A stretch of DNA of 15,004 nt, taken from positions 1 through 15,004 of the forward strand of contig CAVVEU010000007.1 of the NCBI GenBank assembly GCA_963747235.1. The letters are read 5' to 3'. The translations under genes were made by a program, and so were the position numbers. The DNA is from an uncultured Candidatus Rokubacteria bacterium (GTDB lineage Bacteria > Methylomirabilota > Methylomirabilia > Rokubacteriales > CSP1-6). The notes under the pieces are model-generated. The model saw nothing but the letters and a program-made list of their open reading frames with translations, ran no database searches and was not told the origin of the DNA. Positions 13,932 to 15,004 of the stretch are shown one piece after another (the stretch's first letter is position 1; each line of letters begins with the position of its first letter).

Positions 13932-14909
13932 TCAGCAGCCGGACACGCACTTCCCGCGGCCGTCGAATGTCATCGTCTTCCCGCTGAGGGGGACATGCGC
14001 CGGCACCTTCGCCGCCTTGATGAACGTGTCGGTCCGGCTACCCGGAACCACCGTGCCGCTCTTGGTGCCTACCTCGTTGGCGTGAGACAGGATCACCTCG
14101 GCGGGCTTGACCATCTCGTTGATGACGTGGGCCGCCTCCGTCGGGCCGGTGGTGAACACGTCGCCGATGTTGATGACCGCGAGGTTCGCCTGGTAATACC
14201 GCCGGACGACAAGGTCCTGCTCCGCGGTGATCCCGGTGTCGCCGGACAGGTAGACCACGAGCCCGTTGCTGAACTTCAACACATAGCCGGTCGGCGGGCC
14301 GACGTGCGCGGTCAGGCCATTCGCCCGCAGGGTATCGGCGAGATTCTTCTCGAGAAAGTCCGCCGCCACCCCGTTGGTGTGAACGGCGGGGACCGTGGCC
14401 ACGCTCACGCCGCCGACCTTGGCCATCGCGCCGAAACGCACGAGCTGCACCTTGGCGGGATCGCCCCCCGCAGCCTTGACCTTCGCGGCGAAGAACCCCG
14501 ACATGTCGCTGCCGACCATGAGTTTCGCTTGCTTGCCGATGGCGATATTCACCGTGTTGGAGATGGGCACATCGCTGACCGAGAAGTCGGGCTTGCCGCA
14601 CTCCCCCGCATTGGCGGCGGGCTGGTGAGCGCCTCCCAAGTGGTCCCCGTGGACGTGGGATAGCAGGACCGCGTCGATCTTCCCGAGCCGCGGGTCGTTG
14701 GTCCCGCGAACCGTGTTCCCGGCGTCGTAGAGGATCCGAGTCCCGTCGGGATCCTCCAGTACCAGGGCCCGGTCCAGGACGCAGAACTCGCCGTCATGGC
14801 TGCCCAGGGGCGTGATCTTCACCGTCCCTGGACCGGCGGGCCCGGTCGTCATGCCGGCACAGCCGGCGCACAGTACCGCTGCGAGCAGAACCGCGAGTAT
14901 TCTCGTCAT
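13932..14909 (-). CDS. MBL-fold metallo-hydrolase, predicted lipoprotein, 325 aa
   Basis: SHVHGDH (HxHxDH), AVHTNG, YLSGDTG, ILSH metal-ligand motifs. Signal MTRILAVLLAAVLCAG|C with a lipobox-like site. GGAGGAG SD at 14916-14922. Confidence 0.9.
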   Translation of the reverse strand: MTRILAVLLAAVLCAGCAGMTTGPAGPGTVKITPLGSHDGEFCVLDRALVLEDPDGTRILYDAGNTVRGTNDPRLGKIDAVLLSHVHGDHLGGAHQPAANAGECGKPDFSVSDVPISNTVNIAIGKQAKLMVGSDMSGFFAAKVKAAGGDPAKVQLVRFGAMAKVGGVSVATVPAVHTNGVAADFLEKNLADTLRANGLTAHVGPPTGYVLKFSNGLVVYLSGDTGITAEQDLVVRRYYQANLAVINIGDVFTTGPTEAAHVINEMVKPAEVILSHANEVGTKSGTVVPGSRTDTFIKAAKVPAHVPLSGKTMTFDGRGKCVSGC

Positions 14910-15004
14910 CGTTGTCTCCTCCGCTGGTGTGTAGTCAATACTGCAGCGTCCCCCCGCAGCGCCCCTCACTCCAACCCCCAGGTGCGCACCTGCCCGGGCA
15001 CGAC

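Overview
High-GC (roughly 70% by eye) bacterial chromosomal window, probably from a diderm because it encodes an outer-membrane beta-barrel. It has two parts. (A) 1-10115 is a dense metabolic cluster. On the + strand are an SDR and a CaiB/BaiF CoA-transferase. Converging on them is a tightly coupled - strand operon: acyl-CoA synthetase, LLM flavin monooxygenase, IolE/xylose-isomerase-like TIM barrel, atypical gamma-glutamyltransferase-family enzyme, beta-carbonic anhydrase. Divergent from that operon are an orphan acyl-CoA carboxyltransferase subunit and a TauE/SafE exporter. (B) 10122-14909 is a run of short - strand, mostly membrane or secreted genes: beta-barrel, SAM methyltransferase, membrane metal hydrolase, three hypothetical proteins, one frameshifted gene and an MBL-fold lipoprotein. 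The most unusual signals are a GGT-family protein lacking most glutamate-binding residues, a ~130-bp inverted-repeat-bounded multi-hairpin element (13009-13147), a 4 x 15-bp tandem repeat in the beta-barrel leader that can sequester its own SD, and a carboxyltransferase with non-canonical oxyanion-hole motifs and no biotin partners in the window. No rRNA, tRNA, CRISPR array, transposase or integrase was seen. All calls come from motif recognition; no database searches were run.
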